The position numbers and the translations under genes are program-made. 64,000 bases of DNA from assembly GCA_963729895.1 (NCBI GenBank), contig CAVSQB010000005.1, positions 192,001 to 256,000 on the forward strand. The letters are read 5' to 3'. This document shows, in pieces, positions 1 to 10,848 of this stretch. The stretch is from an uncultured Fibrobacterota bacterium. GTDB taxonomy: Bacteria > Fibrobacterota > Chitinivibrionia > Chitinivibrionales > FEN-1185. Below the pieces are notes generated by a model that was given only the letters and a program-made list of their open reading frames with translations, did not search any database and was not told the origin of the DNA. The stretch's first letter is position 1; each line of letters starts with the position of its first letter.

Positions 1-133
1 CGCCCCCCTCAAAGATCCCTCGAAGGGGGACTTATATTGAGGAGGGCTCTGATTAACCGGACACGACTGATCAAGAGTGAAGAGTAAAAACAGACTGAGT
101 ACTGTTTCCCCTTTACTCTTTGCCGTTAACTCT

Positions 134-1192
134 TTACTCTTCACTTTTGACACTCTTCCTTTTCAGCCAATCCATCTTCACTAAGATCCCGTTCGGCGCA
201 AACAACATCACGAACACCAGGATGGCGCCGAACACCGTTTCGTCGTATGAACCGAAATAACCGCGCAGGGAAAGAAAATTGAGGCCCGTGCTTGCCGCAA
301 TTGCTCCCCACAGGTTTGCCATGCCGCCCACCGCGACAATAGCGACGTAGCGTACCGATTTCAATATTGACGCTTCGGAAGGGCCGATGCCGGCGTTGAA
401 GTGCGTAAGAAAGACCCCGGCGACGGACGCGAACACGGCGCTTATCACGAACAAATTGAGCTTGTACCGTGCAGTGTTCACGCCCATGGCCGCTGCGGCA
501 TCTTCGTTGCCGTAAATCGAGCGGAGCGCGCGGCCGGCGCGCGAGTTGACCAGGTTGTGCATGAAAAGCGCGGAAGCAAGCACGAGAAACCAGGCGATAT
601 AGTAATTGGGGATGCGCTCCGCTATCTTGCCGGAAACGCTGAGCCCGGGTACGAGCGTGAATGCCGGCACGCCTGATATGCCGTCTGCGCCGCCGAACAC
701 CTTTGTGCCGAGTACGATCTTGTTGATGATGGAACCGAACCCGAGCGTCGCCATGGCAAGATAGTGGCCTTTGAGGCGCAACACGGGCACGCCGATAAGA
801 TAGGCGATGGTCACCGTGGCGAGCACGGCCGCTGCAAAGGCCAGCCACGGGTTGAGCCGTGCAATGTCCGATCCGTAAACATCTCTGCCGAGCATGAAGC
901 AGCCGGTCCTGACAAGAATGCGTCCGGGTCCGGCATGGGCGATTGAATAGAAATCGGCGGTGGTGAGCGCCCCCGACACATACCCGCCGATGGCGAAGAA
1001 ACCCGCGTGCCCAAGTGAAATTTGCCCGGCGTATCCCATAAGCATGCACAGGCCGATAACGACAATGGAGTAATAGGCGGCCATGGTCAGTTGCGTGAGG
1101 TAGAACGACCGGCCGCTGGAAGTCACGGCAATCTGTACCGCCACGGCAAGCGCGGCGATGATGAAAAGAGGGAGGTATCGTTTGACGGCCAT
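134..1192 (-). CDS. livM: Branched-chain amino acid ABC transporter permease (LivM family)
   Basis: GYAGQISLGHAGFFAIGGY, LRLKGHYLAMATLGF and GRALRSIYGNEDAAAAMGVN motifs; follows livH. Confidence 0.92.
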   Translation of the reverse strand: MAVKRYLPLFIIAALAVAVQIAVTSSGRSFYLTQLTMAAYYSIVVIGLCMLMGYAGQISLGHAGFFAIGGYVSGALTTADFYSIAHAGPGRILVRTGCFMLGRDVYGSDIARLNPWLAFAAAVLATVTIAYLIGVPVLRLKGHYLAMATLGFGSIINKIVLGTKVFGGADGISGVPAFTLVPGLSVSGKIAERIPNYYIAWFLVLASALFMHNLVNSRAGRALRSIYGNEDAAAAMGVNTARYKLNLFVISAVFASVAGVFLTHFNAGIGPSEASILKSVRYVAIVAVGGMANLWGAIAASTGLNFLSLRGYFGSYDETVFGAILVFVMLFAPNGILVKMDWLKRKSVKSEE

Positions 1193-1232
1193 GATGTTTT
1201 CGCTTGCTTTGCGGGGTTACGGGAAAGAGGAA

Positions 1233-2123
1233 TCAGAATTCCGAAAGCTTTCCCGCGCCCTTGTTGCCGAACAGTCCGGCCGGTTTGAAAGAGAGAATAA
1301 CCAGCAAGATCGCGATCGCGATAACGTCTTTGTATGCAACCGGAAGAACGCTGATGCTGAACGCCTCGACGATCCCCAGCAGCAGGCCGGCGGCCACGGC
1401 GGCCGTGCTGTTTCCCAGGCCGCCCAGGATCGCGACTGTAAACCCTTTGATGGCCAGCGGCGTGCCCATTTCGTACTGCGTTTGGGTGAGCGGTGAGATG
1501 ACGCACCCGGCAAGTGCGCCGATGGCTGCGCTTAACATAAACGAGAATGTCACCATATTCCTTACGTTAATGCCGCACAGCACCGCCGCCATCCGGTTCG
1601 CCGAGCACGCGCGCATCGACCGCCCAGCGAGGGTGAACCGGAAAAACAGCGAAAGAAACAGCACCATGGCCGCGCACGTCCCGAGCACCCACACTACCTG
1701 CGGCGAGATGTGCGCTCCCAGAATAGAGATGGACGAGCATTCGTTGCCGGTGAAGTAGCGGAGTGCCCGCACTTTTTCATCCCAGATGTGAAGCGCGGCC
1801 TCTTTGAGAAGGATGGAAACGCCGATGGTGATGATGATCATCCGCAAGACCGATGGGTGCCTGAGCCACCGGATGAAAGCGATCTCCACGAACGCTCCGA
1901 CGAACGCTGTTATGGCCACCGAGCACGCTATTGCGGCGGGCAGCGGCATTAGGGGCGACAAAGAGATGGCCGTCATGCCGCCGAGCACAACGAATTCGCC
2001 CTGGGCAAAATTGATGATGCCCGTGCTATTGTAAATGATATTGAACCCTATTGCAACAATGGCGTAGATGCTGCCGCTTGTTATGCCGGAGAACAGGTAT
2101 TGGAGAATGAGATCGAAGGACAT
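1233..2123 (-). CDS. livH: Branched-chain amino acid ABC transporter permease (LivH family)
   Basis: GITSGSIYAIVAIGFNIIY, INFAQGEF and KGFTVAILGGLG motifs. Confidence 0.93.
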   Translation of the reverse strand: MSFDLILQYLFSGITSGSIYAIVAIGFNIIYNSTGIINFAQGEFVVLGGMTAISLSPLMPLPAAIACSVAITAFVGAFVEIAFIRWLRHPSVLRMIIITIGVSILLKEAALHIWDEKVRALRYFTGNECSSISILGAHISPQVVWVLGTCAAMVLFLSLFFRFTLAGRSMRACSANRMAAVLCGINVRNMVTFSFMLSAAIGALAGCVISPLTQTQYEMGTPLAIKGFTVAILGGLGNSTAAVAAGLLLGIVEAFSISVLPVAYKDVIAIAILLVILSFKPAGLFGNKGAGKLSEF

Positions 2124-2164
2124 ACGGTGCTCTAACGGGTTGCCGAAAAATCGTTGATGAAAAC

Positions 2165-2247
2165 GTCATTGCGTGGATTGCAACGGCGAAGCAATCGCCA
2201 CTTATGAGACGAAAAACGCGAGATTGCCACGCTTCGCTCGCAATGAC
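2165..2247. repeat. Palindromic intergenic element (GTCATTGCG...CGCAATGAC, RPE/REP-like)
   Basis: Terminal inverted repeat GTCATTGCG/CGCAATGAC with internal GCAATC/GATTGC arms, between livK and livH. Confidence 0.75.
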
Positions 2248-2361
2248 GCCCCGCGTTTTTCTGCCTACCAGCAGTCACTTCTGGCTTCCGGCGGACCAGC
2301 CTCAGCGTCACGTCATCCTTCCCGAACAACGGAGAAGGATGACGAAACGTTGCTTTCCCGG

Positions 2362-3567
2362 TCAGTTCCCGTACACCACGAACTTCCCGCCCTTGACCGT
2401 GAGCATCTCGAACGCGTTGATGTCAAGACCGTTGTGGTCGGTTGGAGAAAAGTTGAAAATGCCGGCCGTTCCCACAAACCCTTTCAGGTTCTCTATGGCG
2501 TCCCGGACTTTTTCCTTGTCCACGCCCGCGATTTCGATTGCCTTGGCAAGGATCGTAATTGCGTCATAGGCATGGCCGCCGAACGTGCTTACGTCCTCCT
2601 TGTATTTGGCTTCGTAATCTGCTTTATATTTTTCGAGCAGCGCCTTTTGGGGATCGTCTTTTGGAAGAACATCCGCAGCCAAGAGTCGGCCGGCAGGGAA
2701 AATGATGCCGTCCGCGGCTTCGCCTGCCGCCTGCACATATTTGATGTTGCCGAATCCGTGGCTCTGGAAGAGCGGGATCTTGAGCCCGAGCTGCTTGAGG
2801 TTTTTGGCAAGGATCGCCTGCGCCGGCTCTATGGACCAGTTGACGATTGCGCCGACATCTGCGGCCTTGACCTTGGTGAGTACGCCGGTGAGGTCGGTGG
2901 CGTCTGTTTCGTACACTTCGCTGATCGCGACCGTGATCTTGTATTCGGGCGCGATCTTCTCGAGTTGCTCCTTGCCCGCCTTGCCGAAACCGGTGTTGCT
3001 CGACAATACCGCGATCTTATCGATCTTCAGTTTCTGCAGGGCCATAAAAATCTTACGGGCAGCGTCACTGTCCTTCTGGGGAGTCTTGAACACCCACTTG
3101 GCAAGTGGATTGACGATTGCTTCTGCGGCCGCGCAGGAAATAAGGAGCGTCTTGTTTTCGTCACACAGGGCCTTTATCTGCATGGTCTCTCCCGTGGTGG
3201 ACGGCCCGATGATGGCAAAGACTTTGTCTTCTTCAATAAGCTGCTTGGCAAAAGATACTGCATTCTCAGGCTTGCTCTGGGTGTCCTTAATGACAAGGAC
3301 CAGCTTGTGTCCCTTGACGCCGCCTTTGGCGTTGATTTCGTCAACGAGCATCCGCGCCGTTTTTTCTTCAGGCGAGCCCAGATTTGCCGCCGGTCCGGTC
3401 ACGGCGAACAGCGCCCCGATTTTGATGGGCTCCGCCGTTTTGGTCGGAGCGCCCGAAGGAGCCGGCGAAGGGGTCGACGCGGCTTTATCATCCTTGGCGG
3501 CAAGCGACACGGAACACGTCATCGCGATGAGTGCGGCGATGCAGGCCGCCCACGTACGTCTGGTCAT
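2362..3567 (-). CDS. livK: Liv-type ABC transporter substrate-binding protein
   Basis: Signal peptide, IKIGALFAVTGPAA, EINAKGGVKG, GHAYDAI; RBS AGGAGG. Confidence 0.92.
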   Translation of the reverse strand: MTRRTWAACIAALIAMTCSVSLAAKDDKAASTPSPAPSGAPTKTAEPIKIGALFAVTGPAANLGSPEEKTARMLVDEINAKGGVKGHKLVLVIKDTQSKPENAVSFAKQLIEEDKVFAIIGPSTTGETMQIKALCDENKTLLISCAAAEAIVNPLAKWVFKTPQKDSDAARKIFMALQKLKIDKIAVLSSNTGFGKAGKEQLEKIAPEYKITVAISEVYETDATDLTGVLTKVKAADVGAIVNWSIEPAQAILAKNLKQLGLKIPLFQSHGFGNIKYVQAAGEAADGIIFPAGRLLAADVLPKDDPQKALLEKYKADYEAKYKEDVSTFGGHAYDAITILAKAIEIAGVDKEKVRDAIENLKGFVGTAGIFNFSPTDHNGLDINAFEMLTVKGGKFVVYGN

Positions 3568-3636
3568 TCAATACCTCCTGAGAAGGGTGGAACTTCTTAT
3601 CGGGCCGAGAAACGGTTAGTCGATTGAAAATATCAC

Positions 3637-3781
3637 CTTCGTGTTCACGGGCTCCCGTTGCCTCCGGCGGGGACGCCAGTCAAAACCCATAGCGGCGCCC
3701 CCTCAGGGAAATGGAGGGGATTGAAAAGACCATGCGGCAACCTGTTTTGACAAACAGCAAGGAGCTCCGGGGCACCACAAG
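3637..3781. ncRNA. Candidate structured RNA (long irregular hairpin) between the ACT gene and livK
   Basis: Nested complementary pairs GTGTTC/GGGCAC, GCTCC/GGAGC, TTGC/GCAA, GTCAAAAC/GTTTTGAC and CCCCTC/GAGGGG; family not recognised. Confidence 0.3.
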
Positions 3782-4213
3782 TCAGATCTTTCTCACTTCC
3801 TCGTCGGTAAGCAGCTTGTATCCGTTCTTCTTGAATACATCAAGGGCCTTGTCCCCGTTTTCGAAACGCAAGAACAGAATTGCCTTGTTGGAATACTGTT
3901 CGACGAACGAGTAGGTGTATTCGATGTTGAGCCCGTTTTTGTCGCAGAGGTTCATCATGTCGTAGAAGATGCCTTCGCGGTCGTCGATTTCGACCGCGAT
4001 GACGGTGTTGAGCTTCACGGTGAAGCCGGCTTTCTTGAGCACATCGTTCGCCTGCTCCGGTTTGCTCACGATCATGCGCAGGATGCCGAAATCGGAGGTG
4101 TCGGCGATGGTGAGGGCGCGAATGTTTATCTTGTTGTCTTTGAGGACCAGAGCGACATTCGCGAGCCTGCCGGGCTTGTTTTCAAGAAACACCGAAATCT
4201 GCTGGATGTTCAT
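3782..4213 (-). CDS. Tandem ACT-domain amino acid-binding protein
   Basis: QISVFLENKPGRLA...INIRALTIADTSDFGILR; typical paaK neighbour. Confidence 0.92.
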   Translation of the reverse strand: MNIQQISVFLENKPGRLANVALVLKDNKINIRALTIADTSDFGILRMIVSKPEQANDVLKKAGFTVKLNTVIAVEIDDREGIFYDMMNLCDKNGLNIEYTYSFVEQYSNKAILFLRFENGDKALDVFKKNGYKLLTDEEVRKI

Positions 4214-4230
4214 TGATCGTCTCCTTTGCC

Positions 4231-5529
4231 TTAGATAACGCGTTTGTCGATGATTCTCTTCGCCTTGCCTTCGCTGCGAGCGATTGTCTTCGGTTCGACA
4301 AGCTTTACTCTTGCGTGAATGAGCAGGGCTTCGTGGAGTTCCTTTTCGATTTGTTTTTCCCTGCGCTCCAGGTTCTTTATCTCGTCTGAGAAGACGGCAT
4401 CGCTCACTTCCACCTGGACTTCAAGATAGTCGAGATTGTCCCTGCGCTCAACCAGGAGCTGGTAATGCGGCTCCAGCCCTTCCATCCTGAGTAGGACCTC
4501 TTCGATCTGCGAGGGAAACACGTTGACGCCCCGGATGATGAGCATGTCGTCGGTGCGGCCGAGGATGCGGTGCATGCGCACCGAAGTGCGGCCGCAGCCG
4601 CATTTGGTGCGGTCGAGATAGGTAATGTCGCGCGTGCGGTATCGGATGACGGGCGTGCCTTCTTTTGTCAAAGTGGTGAACACGAGCTCGCCCTTTTCTC
4701 CGTCGGGAAGAGGCATGCCCGTTTGGGGATCGATGACTTCAGGGTAGAAATGGTCTTCAAAAACGTGAAGCAGGTCCTGACGCTCGCATTCCGATGCGAC
4801 GCCCGGGCCGATAATTTCCGTTAGACCGTAAATGTCTATTGCTTTCAGGTGAAGCTTTTGCTCGATTTCCTTACGCATGTTCTCGCTCCACGGCTCCGCG
4901 CCGAAGAACCCGCTTCTTAGCGGCAGCTTTGAGAAATCGAGGTTTTCTTCCTTGCCCGCTTCGGCGAGGTACAGACTGTACGAGGGGGTACAGGCAAGGG
5001 CGGTGGTGCCAAAGTCGCGCATCAACTGCAATTGACGTTTGGTATTGCCGCCGGAAATGGGGATAACCATGGCGCCTATCCTGCGCGCACCGTAATGCAC
5101 CCCCAAGCCGCCGGTAAACAGTCCATAGCCGTACGCATTCTGCACGCGGTCCTTGGCGGTAATGTCGCCCATGGCAAGGGTGCGGGCCATGACTTCGCTC
5201 CAGATGTCTATGTCTTTCTTGGTGTAGGCATCAACCACGGGTTTGCCCGTGGTGCCCGAGGACGTGTGGATTTCGACGATGTTGTCGACATGACAGGAGA
5301 GCAGCCCGTAAGGGTAAACGTCTCTCATTTCGGTCTTGGTAATGAACGGAAGCTTGACAATGTCGGAGATGTGCTTGATGTGCGTCGGTTTCACGCCTGC
5401 GGCGTCCATCTTTCCCCGATAAAACGGGTTTATCGTGTAGGCTTTTCTCACCAGGCTTTGCAGGCGTTTTGTCTGAAGCAGCGTGAGCTGCCTCCTGCTC
5501 ATTGTTTCGAATTCCCTGTTCCAAATCAT
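4231..5529 (-). CDS. paaK: Phenylacetate--CoA ligase
   Basis: [61 protein letters not shown]. Confidence 0.93.
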   Translation of the reverse strand: MIWNREFETMSRRQLTLLQTKRLQSLVRKAYTINPFYRGKMDAAGVKPTHIKHISDIVKLPFITKTEMRDVYPYGLLSCHVDNIVEIHTSSGTTGKPVVDAYTKKDIDIWSEVMARTLAMGDITAKDRVQNAYGYGLFTGGLGVHYGARRIGAMVIPISGGNTKRQLQLMRDFGTTALACTPSYSLYLAEAGKEENLDFSKLPLRSGFFGAEPWSENMRKEIEQKLHLKAIDIYGLTEIIGPGVASECERQDLLHVFEDHFYPEVIDPQTGMPLPDGEKGELVFTTLTKEGTPVIRYRTRDITYLDRTKCGCGRTSVRMHRILGRTDDMLIIRGVNVFPSQIEEVLLRMEGLEPHYQLLVERRDNLDYLEVQVEVSDAVFSDEIKNLERREKQIEKELHEALLIHARVKLVEPKTIARSEGKAKRIIDKRVI

Positions 5530-5688
5530 AGGCGGGCTCCGTTAAAACGGGGTTATTGGGTGCGGTTTGCAGCAGCGCTTGATTGTGAACTAAATAACAT
5601 ATATATGGGACAGCGGGTTTGGCAACAGGGAAGAGGAAACATCCGCCCCGTTTGCCTTTGCGGTCCCCTAAGCGGACAGGATGGTCGA

Positions 5689-6429
5689 TTACCCTTTGAG
5701 CGCAAAACCAAGCATGCGATCGAACAATTCCACGCCGTTCCAGCGCATTGCGCCCAATGCGGCGTTTGTTTCACACCAGTACGGAACCATTGAAAGGGGA
5801 ATCAGCATGGGAGGGGCGGAAACCAGGCTTGCGGTTGTTTTAGCGAGAGCGGTGGTCACTTTTCTGTGTATCGTTATTCGTTTGACATCTTCGGCAAGAG
5901 GCCGGGCGCAGAATTCGGCTTCGCTCGTAACATTGTACTCCCCGCATGCGCACGGCCTTTGGGCGTGAATGCCGCACGATTCGTTGAAAAGAAACGGACA
6001 TGCCAGTTTTTCGTCCCAGTACTGCGCCGCAACGGACAATTGGTCTTCTGCTCCGTGCATGTTTTCCAGTACGGTCCACAGGCCGGTGTCGATAAGCCGG
6101 CTCCGAAGATCGGAAAAACGCTGTTTGAAAAGAAGCGTCTGCCGGTCGCCGAAAGAAAGCGCTTGGCGCGCAATAAAAAAGGCTTCCGGCGCAGAGACCG
6201 GGACCAATTGGCGGCAGCACGCGCCACACCCCGCCTTGCATGAGATCTTTTTCCCGGATTCGGCCGCCATTTTCGAGGCAAGGGCCACAACGCCGTTGCA
6301 GAGATCGTAGGCCGGCGCTGCAAGGTCCGCAAGCCCGAGCGGAATGTCGGGGACCGTGACCTGTGCGGCCGGGAGTTTGCCGTCCGGAGTTTCTATCTGG
6401 ATGGTGAAGATTTTGGCAACAGGTTCCAT
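5689..6429 (-). CDS. YkgJ/CxxCxxCC-family cysteine-cluster protein
   Basis: SCKAGCGACC, CPFL and CGIHAQRPCAC motifs. Confidence 0.85.
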   Translation of the reverse strand: MEPVAKIFTIQIETPDGKLPAAQVTVPDIPLGLADLAAPAYDLCNGVVALASKMAAESGKKISCKAGCGACCRQLVPVSAPEAFFIARQALSFGDRQTLLFKQRFSDLRSRLIDTGLWTVLENMHGAEDQLSVAAQYWDEKLACPFLFNESCGIHAQRPCACGEYNVTSEAEFCARPLAEDVKRITIHRKVTTALAKTTASLVSAPPMLIPLSMVPYWCETNAALGAMRWNGVELFDRMLGFALKG

Positions 6430-7015
6430 GGGGCCTGGTTTCTAGATTTGACAGGAGATAATTGGGATGACAGGACCTTTCTTCCGGTAAGAACCTCACC
6501 GCGAGAAACTTTTCGCATCATGTTTCAGGTTCGCTTCCTTACAACCGCGACCAGCGGAACCGTCACAACACGGGTCAATATATACTGTCAATCCGCCGCA
6601 TTCCAAGGCTCTTCAAAAAAAAGTGTTTCCTGACAGATACAAGGCCTGGCTCTGCGATCATAAAGAGGATTCTGCACAGTTTATTTTCTTTAGCGGGCGC
6701 CCTGCACTGAGCCTGCCTTTGAGAGAACTATTTTTCTGAATCCCATAGCGAGCGACTATAGATATGTTTTTTGTGCCTTTTCCTCGCGACTTGTTGCGAG
6801 ATTCCTCAATAATGGATGGACAAAAAGCGTAAATTACTTTGCGCAATTCTGCGCAAAACATGTTCTTCATTGAGTGTCGCTCCTCAATAGCGTAGTCGCA
6901 ATAACACTACCTTTACATCAACAGTTGCAATAAAGCGACCCTCATTCGGTCATCCATTACCTCAAAGACTAACATAACGTATTCAAAATAATGGTATTAC
7001 AAAATCAGGCTATTT

Positions 7016-7030
7016 TGGCATACAAATTGT
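7016..7030 (+). promoter_or_regulatory. Sigma54-like -24/-12 element (variant GG-N10-GT)
   Basis: TGGCATACAAATTGT in an AT-rich region about 85 nt upstream of 7113. Confidence 0.35.
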
Positions 7031-7112
7031 AATTAATAACATTGAACAAAGCTCATATATTCAGCGGTCTCTCTAAATCATGTTTTGAGTTTACAAAAAG
7101 CGGATAATTTTC

Positions 7113-8675
7113 ATGAAGACAAACCAGACAACAAAACCCAATGGAATAGTCGCCCCCGGGTTCCTTGACCGGCTGCACATGCTTCTGTTGATTCCCAGAA
7201 ACTTGATGCTGCGTCTGGCGTGCACCTCTTTTGACGCTTTTTACTGGACATATAAGATACTGCCGCCCGGGTATCTGGAATGGGCAGGCAGGGTAAGGGC
7301 GAGGGCGGCCGCATTGCATGCTGCAAAGGATGTTCCGGCCTATGCCGGTTTTTTGCAGAAAGAAAGATACCGCCAAGGGCACTTTCCGGAAACGGACAAG
7401 GATAAGTACATCAGGGCATTTACGACCGAAGAACGATGTGTGCACGGTGTGCTTCCGGACAAGAACATCATGATAGACGAATCGTCCGGCAGCACTGGAA
7501 TGCCCTATAATTGGATCCGGACCCACAACGAGCGCAAGGAAAGCCAGCTCGCGGTCAGCTATTTCGCCACCTACTGTTTTGGCAGGGAACGATGGATCAC
7601 CATTAATGCGTTTTCCATGGGTGCGTGGGCAACCGGACTTAACATGGGAATCGCGCTTCAGAAAAACAGCATTGTCAAGAATACCGGCCCGGACATTCAG
7701 AAAATCCTGCACACGCTTTCTTTTTTTGGACCGCAATATCCCTATCTTATCGCCGGGTATCCGCCGTTCTTGAAGCATCTGATCGACGAGGCGAGGAACC
7801 GGAATTTCCGTCTTGAAAGCTACCGGTTAAACGGTCTTGTCGGAGGAGAAGGAATGTCGGAAGGCCTGCGCGACTATCTGTTGCAAAGCTTCGGAAAGGT
7901 CTACAGCGGATATGGCGCGACCGACCTGGAGATCGGCATTGCGGGTGAAACGCCGCTGGCGGTTGCCATCAGGCGCGTGGCGTGGAAAAGGCCGGACATT
8001 CGAACGGCGTTATTCGGCGATGATTCCCGTTTGCCGATGCTGTTCCAATATAATCCGCTTATGCATCATATTGAAGTCAACGATAACCGGGAGCTTCTGT
8101 TTACCATAACACGCAGGTCCCTGCTTTCGCCTCGGATCAGGTACAACGTGCATGACCAGGGGGGCATCGCCCGTTTTGACACCATAGAAGAAAAGCTGGT
8201 TTCACTTGGCGTGGACATTTCTTTTCTGCCGGGAGTCGACAGCTCTAGGCTATTGAACCTTCCCTTTGTGTGGGTCTTTGGGAGGCGGGATTACACCATC
8301 AGCGTTATGGGCGCCAATATTTATCCCGAAGATCTGGAGCAATGCCTGTATGCCGAGCCGGAGCTGGCAAAAGCCACCCACTCATTTTGCATGTCGGTAT
8401 CCGAAGGCCCCCAGGCAGAGGTGCGGCCGTGCTTTCTATTCGAAGTCAACACGTCGCCAAGCGAGGCGATGTCGGAAAAATTCAAACGCACAATCCCCGA
8501 ACAGCTCAGGAAAATCAACAACGACTTCAGAGAGGCCTGGAAGGAATACCAGGAAACGCTGGTTCCTGAAATCAAATTGTACGGCATCGGCCAGGGGCCG
8601 TTTGCAAATGATAAGAACAGAATCAAACAGTCCAGGCTTTTCAAGCGGTCGCAGGAAGAACAGGTGAGTGCATGA
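7113..8675 (+). CDS. Divergent PaaK-like adenylate-forming (acyl-CoA ligase superfamily) enzyme
   Basis: DESSGSTGMP A3 loop, GGEG, SGYGATD, IRYNVHD, GANIYPED; stop overlaps MMPL start (ATGA). Confidence 0.8.
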   Translation: MKTNQTTKPNGIVAPGFLDRLHMLLLIPRNLMLRLACTSFDAFYWTYKILPPGYLEWAGRVRARAAALHAAKDVPAYAGFLQKERYRQGHFPETDKDKYIRAFTTEERCVHGVLPDKNIMIDESSGSTGMPYNWIRTHNERKESQLAVSYFATYCFGRERWITINAFSMGAWATGLNMGIALQKNSIVKNTGPDIQKILHTLSFFGPQYPYLIAGYPPFLKHLIDEARNRNFRLESYRLNGLVGGEGMSEGLRDYLLQSFGKVYSGYGATDLEIGIAGETPLAVAIRRVAWKRPDIRTALFGDDSRLPMLFQYNPLMHHIEVNDNRELLFTITRRSLLSPRIRYNVHDQGGIARFDTIEEKLVSLGVDISFLPGVDSSRLLNLPFVWVFGRRDYTISVMGANIYPEDLEQCLYAEPELAKATHSFCMSVSEGPQAEVRPCFLFEVNTSPSEAMSEKFKRTIPEQLRKINNDFREAWKEYQETLVPEIKLYGIGQGPFANDKNRIKQSRLFKRSQEEQVSA

Positions 8676-9727
8676 GGAGTCTTGTTGCCTGGGTGCTTTT
8701 CCGCCGCAGGATCGTGATAGCCGTTTGGTGCATGCTCTTCTTAATTTCCGCGGTCTTTTCGGTGCAGCTGAAAAACGTAGTACAGGGCAGCAGCGACATC
8801 ATCCCGAACAGTCCTTCGGACAGGGTTACCAAAGCCATTCAGGCGAAATTCGGGAGCGGCGCCGCGTACACGTTCCCCGTTGTGGTGGCGAGCAAGAGTG
8901 TTGACGCAAATGGGCCGAGGTTTGCCGAGGCGGTAGCGCGGGTTTCGAATGCTTTGTGTCAAGAGGGAATCGCGGTCCACGTCGCTACCGCCTGGAACAC
9001 CGGCTTGCCGGAGCTCATCGGAAAGGACGAGCATTCCGCGCTGCTGCTCGTTACGCCGGGGGTAAAGACCTATTCCGAAACCGAAATGATGGTCCAAACG
9101 ACCCGCGATTGCATAGCAAGCGTCGCGCTGGGACCGGATTTTACGGTTTATGTAACCGGAACCCCGGCAATGTATTACGACATGAATAGGAATTCATCAT
9201 CGGACCTGATCCTGGCTGAGCGTTGGGGGATTCCATTGATATTGATCGTGCTTCTTCTTGTATTTGGCTCGCCGCTGGCCGCCGGCTTGCCCGTTATCCT
9301 TGCACTGGTTTCCATGACGGTCGCGCTGTCCGGTCTTTACGCATTCAGTTTTGTAATGCCGGTGGGGATATTCGCCATGAACGCGGTTTCCATGATCGGT
9401 ATGGGCGTAGGGGTCGACTACTCGCTTTTTATCCTGAGCCGGTTCCGCACCGCGCTCGCCTCGGGCATGACGGTGGAACAGGCCTGCATGGATGCATCTG
9501 TAAAGGCCGGCCGTTCGGTGACGCTTTCCGGGCTTGCCGTCGCACTCGGTTTTTCCGCTCTGTTGCTTGCCCGCGCGCGGTTTCTTCACGCGATTGCATT
9601 CGGAGGGATCATCATTGTTGCCACCGCGGTCGCGGCGAGCGTAAGCCTGCTGCTGGCTATACCCCCGAAAACTTGCTCATTTGAGAAGGGAGTTTTCCGA
9701 GTTATTTTAAACTAACTAGGAGGACTC

Positions 9728-9991
9728 ATGAAAGGCAAGCGCTACAGTGAAGAGCAGATTTTTCGGATCCTGCAAGAGGGCGACCGCGGAGCCAAAGTCG
9801 CTGATCTTTGTCGTCAATATGGTATTTCAGAGAACACGTACTTCCGTTGGAAGAGCAAATACAGCGGACTTGAGCTCTCTGATCTGAAAAGGATGAAGGA
9901 GATCGAGGGCGAAAACAGCCGGCTCAAGCGGATTGTTGCAGACCAGGCACTTCAGATCGATGCAATGAAGGAAGTGCTGCAAAGAAAATAG
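9728..9991 (+). CDS. IS3-family transposase OrfA (HTH)
   Basis: KRYSEEQIFRILQE...LCRQYGISENTYFRWKSKY...ENSRLKRIVADQ. Confidence 0.93.
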   Translation: MKGKRYSEEQIFRILQEGDRGAKVADLCRQYGISENTYFRWKSKYSGLELSDLKRMKEIEGENSRLKRIVADQALQIDAMKEVLQRK

Positions 9992-10848
9992 TGAAGCGTC
10001 CTCAGCGTAGGCTGACTGTGGACGCACTAATGCGGCAAGGCCTGAGTCAACGGAAAGCATGCGGACTTCTGGGTATGACACCGGCAGGGTACCGCTATCG
10101 ACCGCAGGAATCGGCTTTGAACAGCGAGTTGAAAACAAAAATGCATGAAACCATTTCATCGTTCCGTTCATGGGGCTTTCCGACGCTTTATTGGTATCTC
10201 CGCAACCTTGGGTACATAGTAAATCACAAACGTGTGCATCGGCTCTACAAGGAAGAATCGCTTCAGAAAAGCAAGCGGAGGAGGCGTCAGAAACGCAATA
10301 GCCAACGGATGCCGTTGACGCTGCCGGATCGGCCAAGCCGTCGCTGGTCAATGGATTTCATATTCGACAGTACTTCCGACAAGCGCAAGCTGAAATGCCT
10401 GAATGTTGTCGATGACTGCACCCGTGAGGCTCTTGCAATCAAGGTAGCACGTTCTATTCCAGCACTAGGAGTCTGCCAAGTTCTAGACCACCTGGTGGCC
10501 AGGTACGGAAAGCCGGAAGCTCTGTTGACTGATAACGGCCCGGAATTCCGGAGCAAAGAACTCATGCTCTGGGCAATACGAAACCAGGTAAGGCAGGAAT
10601 TCATTCAGCCCGGCAAGCCCAGCCAGAATGCTTTTGTAGAATCATTCAATTCGATATTCAGGGACCAATGCTTGAATGAAAACTGGTTCATCTCATTAGA
10701 GGACGCAGAAAGAATAATCGAACATTGGAAGAACATTTACAACCGGATACGGCCACACGGATCACTAAAGGGGAAAACACCTGAAGAATACAGAGGTCAA
10801 TTCAAAGAGAAAACTCCCATTTCGACTGAGAAAGTAATTGGGGTATAG
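9991..10848 (+). CDS. IS3-family transposase OrfB (rve DDE domain), -1 frame relative to OrfA
   Basis: WSMDF, VVDDCTRE, TDNGPEF, PGKPSQNAFVESFN, YNRIRPHGSL; TAGTG stop/start overlap. Confidence 0.93.
   Translation: MKRPQRRLTVDALMRQGLSQRKACGLLGMTPAGYRYRPQESALNSELKTKMHETISSFRSWGFPTLYWYLRNLGYIVNHKRVHRLYKEESLQKSKRRRRQKRNSQRMPLTLPDRPSRRWSMDFIFDSTSDKRKLKCLNVVDDCTREALAIKVARSIPALGVCQVLDHLVARYGKPEALLTDNGPEFRSKELMLWAIRNQVRQEFIQPGKPSQNAFVESFNSIFRDQCLNENWFISLEDAERIIEHWKNIYNRIRPHGSLKGKTPEEYRGQFKEKTPISTEKVIGV

Noticed and set aside
2173..3627. 484-aa + strand ORF and many similar long overlapping ORFs (e.g. 17169-18389, 35918-36940, 59122-60312)
   Set aside because: Antisense shadows of well-supported genes in GC-rich DNA; no recognisable motifs
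6658..6870. 70-aa ORF in an AT-rich region
   Set aside because: No clear RBS or motif; more likely regulatory or degraded DNA
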